Shown here piece by piece: positions 26,202-39,552 of a DNA stretch of 64,000 nucleotides (positions are counted from its first letter, which is position 1; every line of letters begins with the position of its first letter). Source of the DNA: Phaeosaccion multiseriatum (lineage: Eukaryota > Protista > Ochrophyta, other classes); contig OZ218954.1 of assembly GCA_965112735.1 (NCBI GenBank), positions 3,286,001 to 3,350,000 on the forward strand, read 5' to 3'. A model generated the notes under the pieces. It was not told the origin of the DNA, did no database searches, and saw nothing but the letters and a program-made list of their open reading frames with translations. A program made the translations under genes and the position numbers.

Positions 26202-27497
26202 ATGAAGCTTAAGGCAGGCATGGTCGGGGTCGTGCGCCGCTCTCACAGCTTGGGTGTCACCGAGACTGAAGGTGGCATCAGCCGCAGCAGCAGTATTGTT
26301 CAAGGCGGAAAGAGACGAGCGAGGACACCACAGGTTCTCGCCAGGGATGGTCCCGGTCCTTCGCAGGAGGTCTGGAAGAGTCTCAGTCCGAAGCAAGCGC
26401 GGCCAACAAGCCGGAGCAGCGCTGGTGGACCCGACTCTGCCTCCGGCTCCTCGCCGCTACCAGTTGCTGCCGACAACAGCAACAGAAGCACCAGGGGTGG
26501 CAGTGTAAAGCCTTCAGCGCCTTCGTCAGCAGCTTTAGTAGATGACTCTGCAGAGAAGGAGACAGAGAAGGGAAGCGAGAAAGGTGTGAAGCGGGGCATA
26601 GTTCGGAGGCGGAAGATTGAGCCCCTGGATGCGCGCAAGCAGCTTGATGCCTTCCTCCTTGACCCAGGCGGCAAAGCTCCACGATTCACCTTCAAAGCTT
26701 CAGAAGAGACTGCTCGCAGAACACTACAGCGCCCCCTGCACAGGTGAGTTAGTCCATGCAAGGCATCTCTCTGCCTCTATGCCTCTCTAGTCAGTGCAAG
26801 GCCTCTCTCTGCCTCTCTGCAGTCAGTGCAAGGCTCCTCTCTGCCTCTCTGCTTCTCTACCTCTCTTTCTGCCTCTCATCTCCCCCTCCCATACCTTCGA
26901 TTCTAACATAAATTCGGTACAATATCCATGCCTTTTATGGTTGTCTCCTTCCTTCCCTCCCTCCCGTAACAAAACAGAGTGCGTGACGAGTTGCTGGCAG
27001 TCGCGGAGTCTATTCTAGATGGAGTGTTGCAAGAGTTCGGCACCGCAGAGAGTTACCTTGACAGCTGCAGGGGACAGCCCATCAGTCGGGAGAGGACTCT
27101 TGAGTTTCTAGAGGAGTACATGGAGCTTCATAAGGTGCGTGTAATCATGACTTGCCTTGTACGAGCAGGCAGGAGGAGTAGAGGAGTAGTGGAATGGGCA
27201 CGTCTGCCCCCCCCCCCCCCCCCCCCTCCCTGCCTCCTCATCCCCCTCTCTCCTCTCCCTCTGACGGACACACCCAACACCAGGTACCACGGGCCAAGCT
27301 CAGCGTGCGCATCGCCTCTGGAATGACCACGGGGGGCCGATTGCAGGAATATGGGTCCAAGACCGAACCCGACAAGCGTAGCATCCGGCTTTGGATCAAT
27401 GAGGACTACCATGGCGTCCAGTTCGACTCCAGTATTGTCGCCTTTTGCAATCACGAGATTTGCACACACGCCCTCCGAGCGCTCAACGATCAGCAGC

Positions 27498-27566
<69 letters not shown>

Positions 27567-29169
27567 ATTGTGTGTGTGTGTACATTGTGTGTCTGTGTGT
27601 GTACATTGTGTGTGTGTGTACTGTGTACATTGTGTGTCTGTGTGTGTGTGTACATTGTGTGTGTGTGTGTGTACTGTGTACATTGTGTGTGTGTGTACTG
27701 TGTACATTGTGTGTCTGTGTGTGTACATTGTGTGTGTGTGTGTACATTGTGTGTCTGTGTGTGTGTACATTGTGTGTCTGTGTGCGCACGTGTGTGTATG
27801 TGAGTGTGTGTACGTGCACTGACTAATACTCAAAACAAACACACACCGAAACTGAACTTACTCAGGTGTGGGGCACGGACCGGAAGCGCTTTGGCGTCAA
27901 CGTGCTCAGCTCGAGAGAGTCCGCGTGCACAGAAGAGGGGCTGGCGGTGCTCAACGGACTGCTCGCCGGTAAGGGGTATAGAATGTAGGGTAAGGGTTAC
28001 GGGGTATACGGTATGGAGTATGGGGTGTAGCATAGGACCTAACCCTCCTTCTCCCTTCCTTCCTCCCCGCTCAATCCCTCACTCCCTCACTGGCCCGCCC
28101 CCCCCCCCATCCCTCACCCCCACCCCAGTCAAGGAAGAGAAATCCCGCTTTCTGTGGACCCCCGCCCTCCTCTACTACTGTGCCGTCAAGGGGGCCTCCA
28201 TGAACTTCAGCGAGCTTTGGCACCACCTGTACAAGTACGCTTGTAGTTCTTTGGGTTTCAGTTTTTCGATAGTTCCAGTTCTAGTCCAGTTCCAGTTGTA
28301 AACAATCATCGATCCGAATGTTAACCCGCCCCCCTCCCTCCCTCCCTCCCTCCCTCCCTCCCTCCCTCCCTCCCTCCCTCCCTCCCTCCCCTCGCCCCAC
28401 CCCCCTTTCCAGATACGTAGCTGACCCGATCGCTCGCTACTGGCACTGCGTCCGTTGCAAGAGAGGAATGTACGACAACAGCCTACCGGGGGCCTCAGGA
28501 GCCGCTCAAATCTACCTCGAGGGTGCCGTGGACATACTCCGAAACCTCAAGGCCATCGACTTCAAACTCTTATACAGCGGCAAAGTCGCCCTCTCCAGAC
28601 TTCATCGTGTCAAGAAGCTGGCCCGTATGACTGCGTTGTACATACCCAAGTTCATCTTGGACGACGAAGCGCTCTATCGTCGTCGCTTGAGGAGGATTGG
28701 CTTCTTGAACGGCATTCTCGACCCCCCTCCTTCGTCTTGCTTCTTCTCCCCCTCCCCCTCCCCAACATTATCGTGCCCTTCTCCCGCGCCTTTGTGCCGC
28801 TCCCCGGCTCCTTGCTCTTCCCCTTTGCGCTCGGCTTCCTGCTCAACAACCACAACAGTGGCGGACTCTTCGGAGTCCCTGTCGCCCTGCATGTCCAGAG
28901 GTGGGGGAGGAAGGGGTGGGGAGGAGAGGGAGAGGGGGAGGGAGAGGGAGAGGGAGACGGAGAGGCCGAGTTCGAGTCCGAGTGAGAACAGATCATCCAC
29001 GCTGATTCCGACGATGAGAGAGCGTTTGGCCGCCGCAGCAACAGCAGTTGGTGATAGACCAGGAACGTCGTATGGGCTGCCATCTGGGAATGTGGGTGTG
29101 GTCCCAGCAGCCGTGGAGGCGGAGGCGGATAGTAGGGCAGGGGCTTCTTCTGTTTCTTCAGACCCTCTG

Positions 29170-29200
<31 letters not shown>

Positions 29201-31647
29201 CAGCAGCAGTTGGTGATACAGCGGCACCAGGAGTAGGAGGAGATGGTGCCGTAGGAGAGCAGAGCCGGCCTCCCTCGGCGGCAGCAGCAATGACATTGTC
29301 TGGGTCAAGAGCGGGCGGTAGGGGCGCGCCTCCTCGGGCTCCGCGGAGCCCGTTGGTGATGCGTGCCCCCAAATCAGGGGCTGAGGAGTCGTCGCCATCT
29401 GTGGAAGAAGCAGAAGCGAGAAGAGACGATAGCATCTTCGGTGCTGGCGGCAGCATGAAAAGCAAATCGACGAAAAAGGTGGGGAAGAAGAGAAAGAAGC
29501 GAAAGAGCCAACACCATCATCATCACCATCACAGCCACGAGTCACAGCCGCACGAGCCACGGCGGCGGCAGCGGCAGCGGCAGCAGTCGGAGAGCGTTGT
29601 CGATCGGGCGAAGGTCACAGTTGACAGCAGCGGTGGTGGTAACACTAGCTCGAGCGGAGGAGGAGAGCGAAGGTCTTCATCGGCGGATCGAAGGACGGGG
29701 GTGGTGTCTTCAGGCTATGGCTACATGGGCTCCCCCCTCTCGCGTTTGGGGTCCCCCACTAAGATGGTGCTTGTGGTCGGGGAGGAGGAGGGGGAGGAGG
29801 ACGACGACTTTTTCTTCGAGGAGGATGACGATGATAATGAGGAGGAGGAAGAGGAGGAGGAGGAGGAGGAGGAGGAGGAGGAGGAGGGGGGGGGGGAGGA
29901 GGGGGAGGACGAGGACGGAAAGCAAGAAGGAGGTGGAGGTGGAGGTGGAGGAGTACAGCGAGAGAAGGAGAAGAACAAGGAGGAGGAGGAGGGGGAGGTG
30001 GAGGCTAGAAAGGAGAAGGGGAGAGAAAGGGAGAGGGAGACGCAGAGGCGGGGGGAGAAGGCGAAGACAAAGGACGCGAAGCTCAAGGAGAACGAGGAAG
30101 TAGACAGTACTAAGCCGGCGACAGGGAAGAACGCACCGGGTACAAGTACTACCACAACCACCACTACTACTCCGGCAAGAACGAGAACGCCGACTGCGGC
30201 GGGGACGAGGGGGCCGACTCGCAATGCGACGAGAAGGAAGCAAGCCTTCGAACCGAAGCCCGATCTTGAGTCCAACAAGATCCAGCCGAAGAGCAACAAG
30301 GTCAAGCCGAAGATGGGTTCTGGGCCGAGTCCAGAAACTGCTGGGCCGAGACCAGAAACTGCTGAGAGGCCCATGACAGTGGCCACGACTGTGGCGGAGC
30401 GGATGGAGGGGCGAACGTTGGCGGACTTCGTCAACATGGTCCGACGGGGTGGCGCTCCTGCTGCTCCTGTATCACCAACTCCTGCTGCTACTCCTGCTCT
30501 TGGTGGTAGTGGTGGCAAGAGTGTCACCTCGAGTGCCACCCTCGCCCCTTCTTCTCTGACCACCACGCGTAGCCCTCTCGAAGGCCAAGCTGCCGTCACA
30601 ATTGGCAAGGAAATAAGTGGCATCGTATCAACTGCGATATATGTAGTCCCATGTGGACTCGGAGACCCTCCTCAGGGGGAGGAAGAAGAAGAAGAAGAAG
30701 AAGAAGAAGAAGAAGAAGAAGAAGAAGAAGAAGAAGAAGAAGAAGAAGAAGGAGGAGGAGGAGGAAGCGTGACTCCTCTTCCCTGCATACTTACCCCCAG
30801 CAGCAGTAGTAGCAGCAGTATCTGTAGTAGTAGCAGGGGTAGTAGCAGGAGCAGCAGCGGCAGTGGCATGATCAATCGTAGTAGCGGTAGCAGCGCCAAG
30901 AACAGACCGAGAACGACCCCCCCCCCGAGCACAAGCAACGGCGGAAGCTTGAGCACCAACAGCGGTGGCGGTGGTGTCGGAGCGCGAAGCAATAGAGGAA
31001 GGAAGCATTCCTCAAGTAGCAGTAGCAGCAGCAGTAGCAGCAGCGATGGCAGCAGCGGTAGTAGCAGCAGCGGTAGTAGCAGCAGCGGTAGCAGCAATGG
31101 GAGCAGCAGCCCAGACGTAAGCAGCAGTAGCAGTAGCAGTGCCCCAGCCCAAGCGAGGACCAAACGCAGTCCAGTGCTCAGACGATGCTTCGAGCAACCG
31201 CAGTCCCCGGAGCAGGGGCAGCAGCAGCAACAGGAGTCGGTGAAGCCACAACAGTTGGTGATACAGCAGCAGCAGTTGGTGGTACAGCAGCACCAGCAGC
31301 AGCGGCAGAGAGTCTCCAACGTCTGTGGGGAGGTGACAGCTCATCAGCAGCAGCCTGCCACTGCCACCACCAATACCGCGAGTGGCATCCGAGGAAAGGG
31401 AGGGAAACAATTAAAGAGGGACTCCGAGTCGACACAACGGACGACGAGCGGAAAAGAGTCGAGGGGGGCGATGTCGAGGGCCCCGACAAGCGGGGAAAAT
31501 TCGAGGGGCCCGATATCGAGGACGTCGACGAGCGGGGCCGCCACCGCTGCCGCTACCGCTGCCGCACCCACTCCATTGCTCCCTGCGCTTCTCTCTCTGC
31601 AAGCCCCCTATTCAGGGACCTCTTCGTCGTCACTGCTTGGCGGGTAG
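26202..31647 (+). CDS. MATCAP: MATCAP/KIAA0895-like (DUF1704) tubulin tyrosine carboxypeptidase-type metalloprotease with a ~950-aa low-complexity tail
   Basis: HExxxH motif HEICTH (27452-27469), EEGLA (~27932-27946), then FSELW..YVADPIARYWHCVRCKRGMYDNSLPG...QIYLEGAVDIL...IDFKLLYSGKV, paralleling the conserved DUF1704 C-terminal core. Confidence 0.85.
27498..27815. repeat. Intronic compound (GT)n-ACATT micro/minisatellite
   Basis: Repeated GTGTGT..GTACATTGTGT units. Confidence 0.9.
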
Positions 31648-32742
31648 GGTGGGTGGGTTGGGCCAGTCAGATAATCGGGGGTTGAGGGAGGGAAGGTGAG
31701 AGGGGGGAGCGAGCGAGGGAGGGAGGAAGGGAGGGCGCGCATCGATAGATATGTGTCGGTTCTCGACATGTTGGTCGAGGTCAACATATTGAAACTGAAA
31801 TAGACACAATACAAAAGTGAATGAAAGAGTGCAAGAGTGGTGTATTTGAAGTCAAGGAAGCACTACTCTAAAAAAAAAAAAAGATTAGATTGCCCAGAGG
31901 GTGGGTTGGCCCCCCTTCTCCTGCCTGCCTGCCCTGCTGCTACATTGTCTTGGCTGCCTCTCTCTATCTCTCTCTCTCTCCCTCCCTCTTCGTCTCTCTC
32001 TTTCTGTCTCCGCCTGTCTGTCTGCTACCTCCTACTGCTCTTGTTCGCTGTACGCCAAGCATCATCAGTCTGTAAAGAACCCCTACCTCTCCACACCAAT
32101 CCAAAACCCGATGGCACCCGATGGAGGAGGGAGAGAAGGCTGAGTACACAAGACGGCCCCCATCTCGCTTTAAAAGACCGACCACGGCAGTAGAAGAGGC
32201 AGTAGTAGTAGTAGTAGCAGCAGCAGCAGCAGCAGTTGGTCATCCAGACTGGCACACCGCAGATCACGCGCCTCTAGCTCTCGTCCGTGGGGGGCGGCCC
32301 CCTCCAATGGCCAGCCATGAGCCTACATGCCGACCCGTCAACCTGCACCCCCCCCTCCACCTCCCACCACCGCCGCCGCCACCACCACCACCATCATCAG
32401 TCCCCCCTCCTTTCGTTCGTTGCCTCTCCCCTCGCCACGCTGCCCCGCAAAAAGACCACCGTCCAGATTTCCCTACAAAGGAAGGAAGTCTTCTACTTGA
32501 CAAACTCTTGCTTTTCATTCGTACTGAAATCCTTTCCCCCTCCACCCCCTCCTCCTCATCCTCATCATCATTATCCTCAGATCCACGCCCTCTCTCTTCC
32601 CATCACCGCTCCTCTGTAACTCTGCTGCTCCTCTGCTGTATCACCAACTGCTACTGCTGCTGCTTGTCGTGGACTCGCCGCCCTGATACCACCTCCCCCC
32701 CCCTCCATCCCTGTTCAGTAGAATGCCATATTCAGGTGGTTC

Positions 32743-34213
32743 TTAAGCTGCCATCGGGTGGTTGACGACGTATTCAATAATATCCTGAATACTGGCAATC
32801 TTGTCTGCCTCCTGGTCGGGAATTTCCAACACAAACTCGTCCTCCACCGCCATGACAAGCTTTGATTTGAGAGTTTCAGTTTGGGTTGCACAGGGGAGAG
32901 GAGAGGAGAGAAAAGAAGAAGATAGAAAGTTAGATACATACACTCATCATCATCGGGGAGTAGGAGGAGGGCATAATGGTAGGTAAGACCCTAAAGGAGA
33001 AGGCCTTCCGCGAACCACCACTACCACCACCACAAGGTTCTTTGAATTAGTGACTGCCCCACATTGGCTTATCCGCGTGATCACAATAGCAAGACAAAGG
33101 AACAACGACAAAGAGCCTCACCTCCACAGCGTCGAGAGAGTCCAAACCGAGGTCCTCCACAAACTTGGCATCCGGGGTAACCTTTTTAGGGTCCACCTGC
33201 GGCGACAAGGCACACAGAGAGAGGAGAGAGAGAGAGGGGGGGGGGGGAGAGGAGTCAGACTCAGATATAGAGAGAGAGGATGTTATGACTCCGGGGAAAG
33301 GAAAGAAAATCACGGAGGCATGAACAACAACAAAAACGATGCCAACAAATACACAACTTTCGAAGACACACATCACATGCACGCGCGCACACACACGGAG
33401 AGAGAAGCATTCCTCCTATGCGTACCTTCTCGAAGTTCGTCACCACATGCAAGACACGTTCGGTCACTTGCTTGCGGTCCAAAAAGGTCTGTCATCCGTC
33501 CGTAAAGAGAGAAAGGGGAGGAGCATAAACATTGAGGAGAGAAAGGGCGGAGCGGGGGAGGGGGGTGGAGAGGGATGAGTACAGTCTTCAGTCAGAGAGG
33601 CTTTGCCGTAATTGAACGACGCAGACAGAGATACAACCCGGGTAAGGAGTGGGGCGGCATCATTATCGCTACGAGCCACCTTTCCAACCAAGGCCTGCGG
33701 CTCGCACCCACACCATCACTAGCATGGTGAGCGTGCGCTCTTCGAAAGGGATTTCAAGCATATGTACCACAGTTCCTCCCCTTCCCATGTGCAGACTCTT
33801 AAATCGCCCGCTCCACTTGCGGGGGCCACATTTTGGTGCGAACATACACGCTACCAAACTCCGGCACACCCCTCCTCCTTACAACGTTCCTTTCCTCTCC
33901 CCCACACCCTCCTTCCCATAACAACGCCGTTGCTGCTGCTGCTGCTGCTGCACTGTTATTGCTGCCTCTCTCCCCCTCACCCCCTTACCTCGTTATCATC
34001 GGCCGCACGGGACACACTCGAAGAGTGGAACTGCCGTGAGCTCCAAACCTTCAGCTGCTGCTGCTGCTGGAGCCATGCGCTCATGAGCCCTGCTTGGATA
34101 CATGTCCTCTGGTCGACGGCCGTGGTGGCGAGCGCCTGGGGGGCAACTCGTCCCACCCTGGCGATACTACGCCTCAAACCGAGTGAGCTTGCTCGTGCCG
34201 CTTGTCTGAACAT
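32743..34213 (-). CDS. ACP: Mitochondrial acyl carrier protein (NDUFAB1/ACP1-like)
   Basis: Exons 34213-33989 (R/S/A-rich presequence [16 protein letters not shown]), 33488-33426, 33196-33122 ([11 protein letters not shown] phosphopantetheine site) and 32859-32743 ([21 protein letters not shown]). Confidence 0.95.
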
Positions 34214-34541
34214 CCTTCCTGTTGAGGCTCCTCCTTTACTCCCGCTGTTGCTGCTTCTTCCTCTCCCCTACCTTTAGCTACTTATGCCTCCTCCTCTGTT
34301 GTGTTCCTTGCTTGCTCTTCGTGATGCTCAGTCTGGTCCAGCTCCATCGCAAGCGTATGGGCCAGCCCCCCTTGGGGATCGGGTGCCATCTTTTCTCAAC
34401 TGTCCTGATCGTCCTGTCGAGCAAGGCAAGGACGGGCTGAGAATGGGAAAGGGGGAGGATAGAAAAGAGGGAAAGAGGAGAAGGATGAAGGATGGAGTGA
34501 GTAGGCGCGGTCGGAGGACAGGTCCAGGCGTCTAGAGCGAC

Positions 34542-37076
34542 ATGAATGGACGGGTGCTTGTCCCAGTGCTCCCTCCGCACCCTGTCTTGTCCAAGGCGAA
34601 GCAATACGTACGGAGACAGAGCTCAGATGCAATCCACGTCGTTCCGGCTGCTAAACCTGGGCGGCTGACCAGGAATTCACTGCAGCAGCGACAGCAGAAG
34701 GAGCATGACCAGAAGCAGCAGAGTGCCGGACCCACGCCAAGGCCGTCGTCATCAGGAGAAGGGGTGCCATCACCAGGAGAATCATCCTCTCCACCCTTGG
34801 CCGCCGCCCCGGTGGGAGGAGGTCGAGTCATCGCGCCGTTCAAGCGAGGCTCAAAGAACACTGGCATTCCCGGCAAACTAGTCGTACTCAGCTACAACAT
34901 CCTCGCGAACTGCAACACCAGCAAGGCCCCCTACGCGAGCAATGCGGTGTTGAGCTGGGCGTCGCGAAGACAGGCCCTCCTCCTGGAGATTGTAGGGCCG
35001 AAGGCCGACGTGCTCTGCTTGCAAGACGTTGAGTTCTTTGACTGGTGGCAAGGGGAGCTGGGGAACTACGGATACGACTGCGTCTTTTGCCAGATGAGAA
35101 ACGCCGTTAGTAGCCGCAGAGAGGGAATTGTGATTGCGTGGAATCGAGACATGTTTCAGCTATTTCGCAGTGAGGAGCTCTTGCTCTATCGCCTCGGGGA
35201 GGATGAAGAGGATGACCTTGTCGCTTCTCGTGCGTCCAGCGCTGATAATGTGGCTCTCTTGTGCGCCCTGCAGCCCTGGGAGAACTCCGCCCACCCGAGC
35301 GGACTCTGCGTGGTGAGTGAGTGAGTGAGTGAGTGAGTGAGTGAGTGAGTGAGTGAGTGAGTGAGTGAGTGAGTGAGTAAGCAAGGGCAACGCAGTGTAT
35401 GTGAAGCGAGGTGGTTGGTAATGCAGTTAGTGTATGCAGAATTTGGTGCCAGTTTTGGGGATGGGTGGTTAGTTAGCCTTTCCCTCTAGCGCCTCGCTAT
35501 TGCTGCCTTCTCGTTCTCGCAACAAGGGCTCCACTGTCCTGGCACTCACTCACTGCCCTGATACTCGCAACTACAGTTCTGACACTCACGCACTCACTCA
35601 CCCACTTCCTCAGGCCTGTGCTCAGCTCTACGAGGGAGACCTCCGTAGGTGTATGGACACAGACTTGAACAACATCGACGATCGGGTCAGGCAGCTGCAG
35701 GTACAACGTTTCAGTTTTCTCAATCTCAATTTGCACCACCCACTCACTCGCCCCAACCACCCACCCACCCACCCACCCACCCACCCCACCTCGCACCCCT
35801 CCCACCAAAAAAGGTGCGGGGCCTGACCCAAACCATTGAGGTGTTTAACGGCGACTTCCAACTGCCCGTGGTGGTAAGCGGTACCTTCAATTGCACTCCT
35901 GCCTCCAACCCGTACGAGATGCTCATCCATGGCAACACACCCGTCAATCCAAGCCCACCCCCCACGCCCACCACGCCCCTCGTGACGGTGCTCTCACCCG
36001 CTTCGGCACGTGTGGAGTGGCCGTGTCCACCCATCAATCCAGCGGTGGATCCTCCGGTGCACGGCTATTGGGTGACGTGGTGCCCGGGGGGGAGCAGCTT
36101 CTTACGCTTCACGGAGAGGAGGTGGGTTCGTTGAGGGTGTGGCGAAGGATGGCAGTGGAGGTGTGGGGTGGGGGGTTGTATGATAAAAGGGGGGGAGGTG
36201 AGGGTACCTAGGGAGAGAGAGAGAGAGAGAGATAGAAGAGGTGAGGGAAACGAGAAAGGGAGAGGGAAAGAGAGCGGGAGGAAGAGGGAGAGACAGCGGG
36301 GGGAAGAGTCGGTGTGATGTGTGCTATGTGCTGAGCGAAGTACGTGACACACCCTAACTCCCCCAAACTTGTTCTGTGTTGGTGCCGTCTTCTGCTCTGC
36401 TGCTGTATCACCAACTGCTGCAGGTTCATCAGTGAGATGCAGTCGCTCGTGTATGATGTGGTGCCTGGGCCGGATGGAGGTAAGAAGACCATTCAGAACC
36501 CGCTTAGGAGCACCATCATCACTGGACTCAGCTCGGGCCTCGCTTACGAGTTCCAGGTGAGAGGTGTATGGGCAGTGTAGAGGTGTATGGGGCAGGGCGG
36601 AAGAGCTTAGCGACAGCAACAGGGTGTCAAGACAGGGTAGTGGGTGTCAGGACAGGATGGGGAGATTAAGAAGGATGGCCTCTCGCCCCTCTTCTGATTC
36701 GATGACCATCGTCACCACACAACTCGACACCCTGTCCCACGCTCTCTTTCCTATCCCCGGTCTTCTTCCTCCTCCTCCTCCTCCTCCTCCTCCTCCTCCT
36801 CCTCCTCCTCCTCCTCCTCCTCCTCCTCCTCCTCCTCCTCCTCCTCCTCCTCCTCCTCCTCCTCCTCCTCCTCCTCCTCCTCCTCCTCCTCCTCCTCCTC
36901 CTCCTATGCACACACCTGTAAACAAAGGTGTGTGCGGTGAACGAGTTGGGCATCAGTCCCTGGAGCCCCCCAAGCACCCCCCACTACATGCAAACCATCA
37001 AGGGCATTGAGGCAGAAGGGAGGCACTTGCTCGGCGTGGAGAGTATCAAGCGGTGAGTGTGTGTGTGTGTGTGTGC

Positions 37077-37125
<49 letters not shown>

Positions 37126-39552
37126 TGTGTGTGTGTGTGTGTGTGCGTGCGTGTGTGCATGTGCGTACGTGTGTGTACGTGCGCTTGCACTCAGGCTCGG
37201 TGGTCTTTTCCATGTTGCTCCCACCCTCTTACACCCTCCACGTCACACTACATACACACATACATACATACATATACATACATACATACATACATACGTA
37301 CATACATACATACATATATACATACATACATACATACATACATACATACATACATACATACATACATACATACATACATACATACATACATACATACATA
37401 CATACATACATACATACATACATACATACATACATACATACATACATACATACATACATACATACATACATACATACATACATACGTACATTCATACATT
37501 CATACACCACCACCACACATACGTACCACCCACTACAGCGTTCGACAGAGGGAAGACGCCCATCGACTAGAGAGACAGGGCGGAATCATCGCCCCTAAAG
37601 ACCAACGCAAATATGACCTTCACAAGTACGTCAAGGTGCCTGGCCTGGTGGGAGCAGAGCTCGCGCACGCACACACATATCCACTGGCGTCCATCTCGGG
37701 CATGACCCCTCGAAGGAGTGACGGGGAAGAGGTGATGGATCAGGTGAGGAATAAGACGGTGCATGGCTACCCGGAAACCACCACAGCTACGGCAGTTGGT
37801 GAAACGACAGGAAGTGTGGGGTCCTCCTCTAGCGCTAGTCGGGACAGCCTCTACGGAGACGGTTATGATGATGAGGAGGAGGAGGAGGAGGGTCGTCAAC
37901 ACCACCTGGTGATACAACAGCAGCAAGAAGAGAAGAAGGGCGACCACCACCCCGAAGCGCGGGAGGGCGGGGCGCTTCCACCCTCCTCATCCTCACCACC
38001 ACTGCCATCTGTAGTACGCCCCTCGACCACCGGCAAGACCAAGACCAATACCGAGTACCTGGTGTCAGAGAGGGAGTCGGTGAGGGCTCGGGCGCGGCAT
38101 GTGCGGTGTCTGCAGCGGTCGGGGGCGAGCGGTGCCCGTGAGACAGAGCGGTAAGTCATACACACCGTTCCTCCCTCTCTCCCTTCTTCCCTCCCTCCCG
38201 GCCTCCCTCCCTCCCTCCCTCCCTCCCTCCCTCCCTCCCTCCCTCCCTCCCTCCCTCCCTCCCTCCCTCCCTCCCTCCCTCCCTCCGTCCGTCCCTCCCT
38301 CCGTCCCTCCCTCCCTCCCTCCGTCCGTCCCTCCCTCCCTCCCTCCGTCCCTCCCTCCCTCCCTCCCTCCCTCCCTCCCTCCCTCCCTCCCTCCCTCCCT
38401 CCCTCCCTCCCTCCCTCCCTCCCTCCCTCCCTCCCTCCCTCCCTCCCTCCCTCCCTCCCTCCCTCCCTCCCTCCCTCCCTCCCTCCCTCCCTCCCTCCCT
38501 CCCTCCCTCCCTCCCTCCCTCCCTCCCTCCCTCCCTCCCTCCCTCCCTCCCTCCCTCCCTCCCTCCCTCCCTCCCTCCCTCCCTCCCTCCCTCCCTCCCT
38601 CCCTCCCTCCCTCCCTCCCTCCCTCCCTCCCTCCCTCCCTCCGTCCCTCCCTCCCTCCTCTCCTCTCCGTACGGACCAATCTAAGCACATGCGCATCATC
38701 CTGTAACAATCCATAACTTTAAAACCTTATGTACGCTCCTTTTGTGCCATTTGTGAAGGTATGTGCACTCGCTGGAGCTGCGCAGTGCCTACACCACCTA
38801 CAGTGGGGGAGGAGAGCCCAGCTGTACCCTTTCATCCGACGTGTTCACGGTGAGAGGATGGCAGTTGATGGAGGGGGTGGAGGGGAGGATGGCAGTTGAT
38901 GGAAGAGAGGGTAGCAATCGATGAAGGAGAGTGCGGCAGTGGATGGGGAGGGCTCGACTCTTATCGTTTCACGCTACCTCAAACACTTGACTTTCTTCTT
39001 CCCCAACTAACCTTCTCACTTGACCGTAACTGTTCACGAACCTCCCTTTCACCTCAACGTAACTGTCATTCGTAACCGCCATTCCTTCCACCCCAGGGGG
39101 TGGTGGATTACATCATGTTCACAGCAGACAGCCTCGTGGCCGGGGAGGTACTCTCTATTCCCGACTTTGAAGAGCTGAAGGGGTTGGACATCCAGGGCAC
39201 CTTGTTGGTGCCGGACATTCCCCATGCTACCGTCCAACCCTTAGCCTGGGAGGGGATGGAGGCGTGGGAGGGGGAGGGAGGAGGTGAAGGGGACGTGTCG
39301 TCGTCATCTGTTGTGGAGGAGAACAGCACGGCCACCAGCGGTGGGAGTGGGAGTGGGAGTGTGAGTGTGAGTGTGAGTGCGAGTGAGAGTGCGAGAGCAG
39401 ATGCCTACATGGGGGAGTGGATGCCGAATCTTGTGGCCAATTTGGATTCGATGCACCATTGGCTGCCCAATGAGACCTTCCCTTCGAATCACCTCATGCT
39501 GCTTGCCCATCTGTATTTCCGAGTTGATGAAACGGCCTCCACGTGGCACTGA
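34542..39552 (+). CDS. CCR4/Angel/nocturnin-type EEP-fold protein with an inserted fibronectin type III domain; catalytic motifs degenerate
   Basis: LSYNILAN, SWASRR, ADVLCLQDVE, DNVAL, PVVVSGTFNCTP, LRSAY, VDYIMF and FPSNHLMLLA follow the EEP motif order. FN3 pattern SARVEWPCP...GYWVTW...IITGLSSGLAYEFQVCAVNELGISPWSPPS lies at ~35950-36990. Confidence 0.85.
36768..36905. repeat. (CCT)n intronic microsatellite
   Basis: Pure run; source of spurious poly-P/G/R ORFs. Confidence 0.97.
37249..37505. repeat. (CATA)n intronic microsatellite; a (GT)n run lies at the 5' end of the same intron (37057-37145)
   Basis: Direct reading. Confidence 0.97.
38202..38660. repeat. (CCCT)n intronic microsatellite
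   Basis: Direct reading; source of PPSL/REGG ORFs. Confidence 0.97.

Noticed and set aside
36564-38716. Poly-P/G/R, HTYI, MYVC, PPSL and REGG ORFs here and across the window
   Set aside because: Translations of intronic microsatellites.
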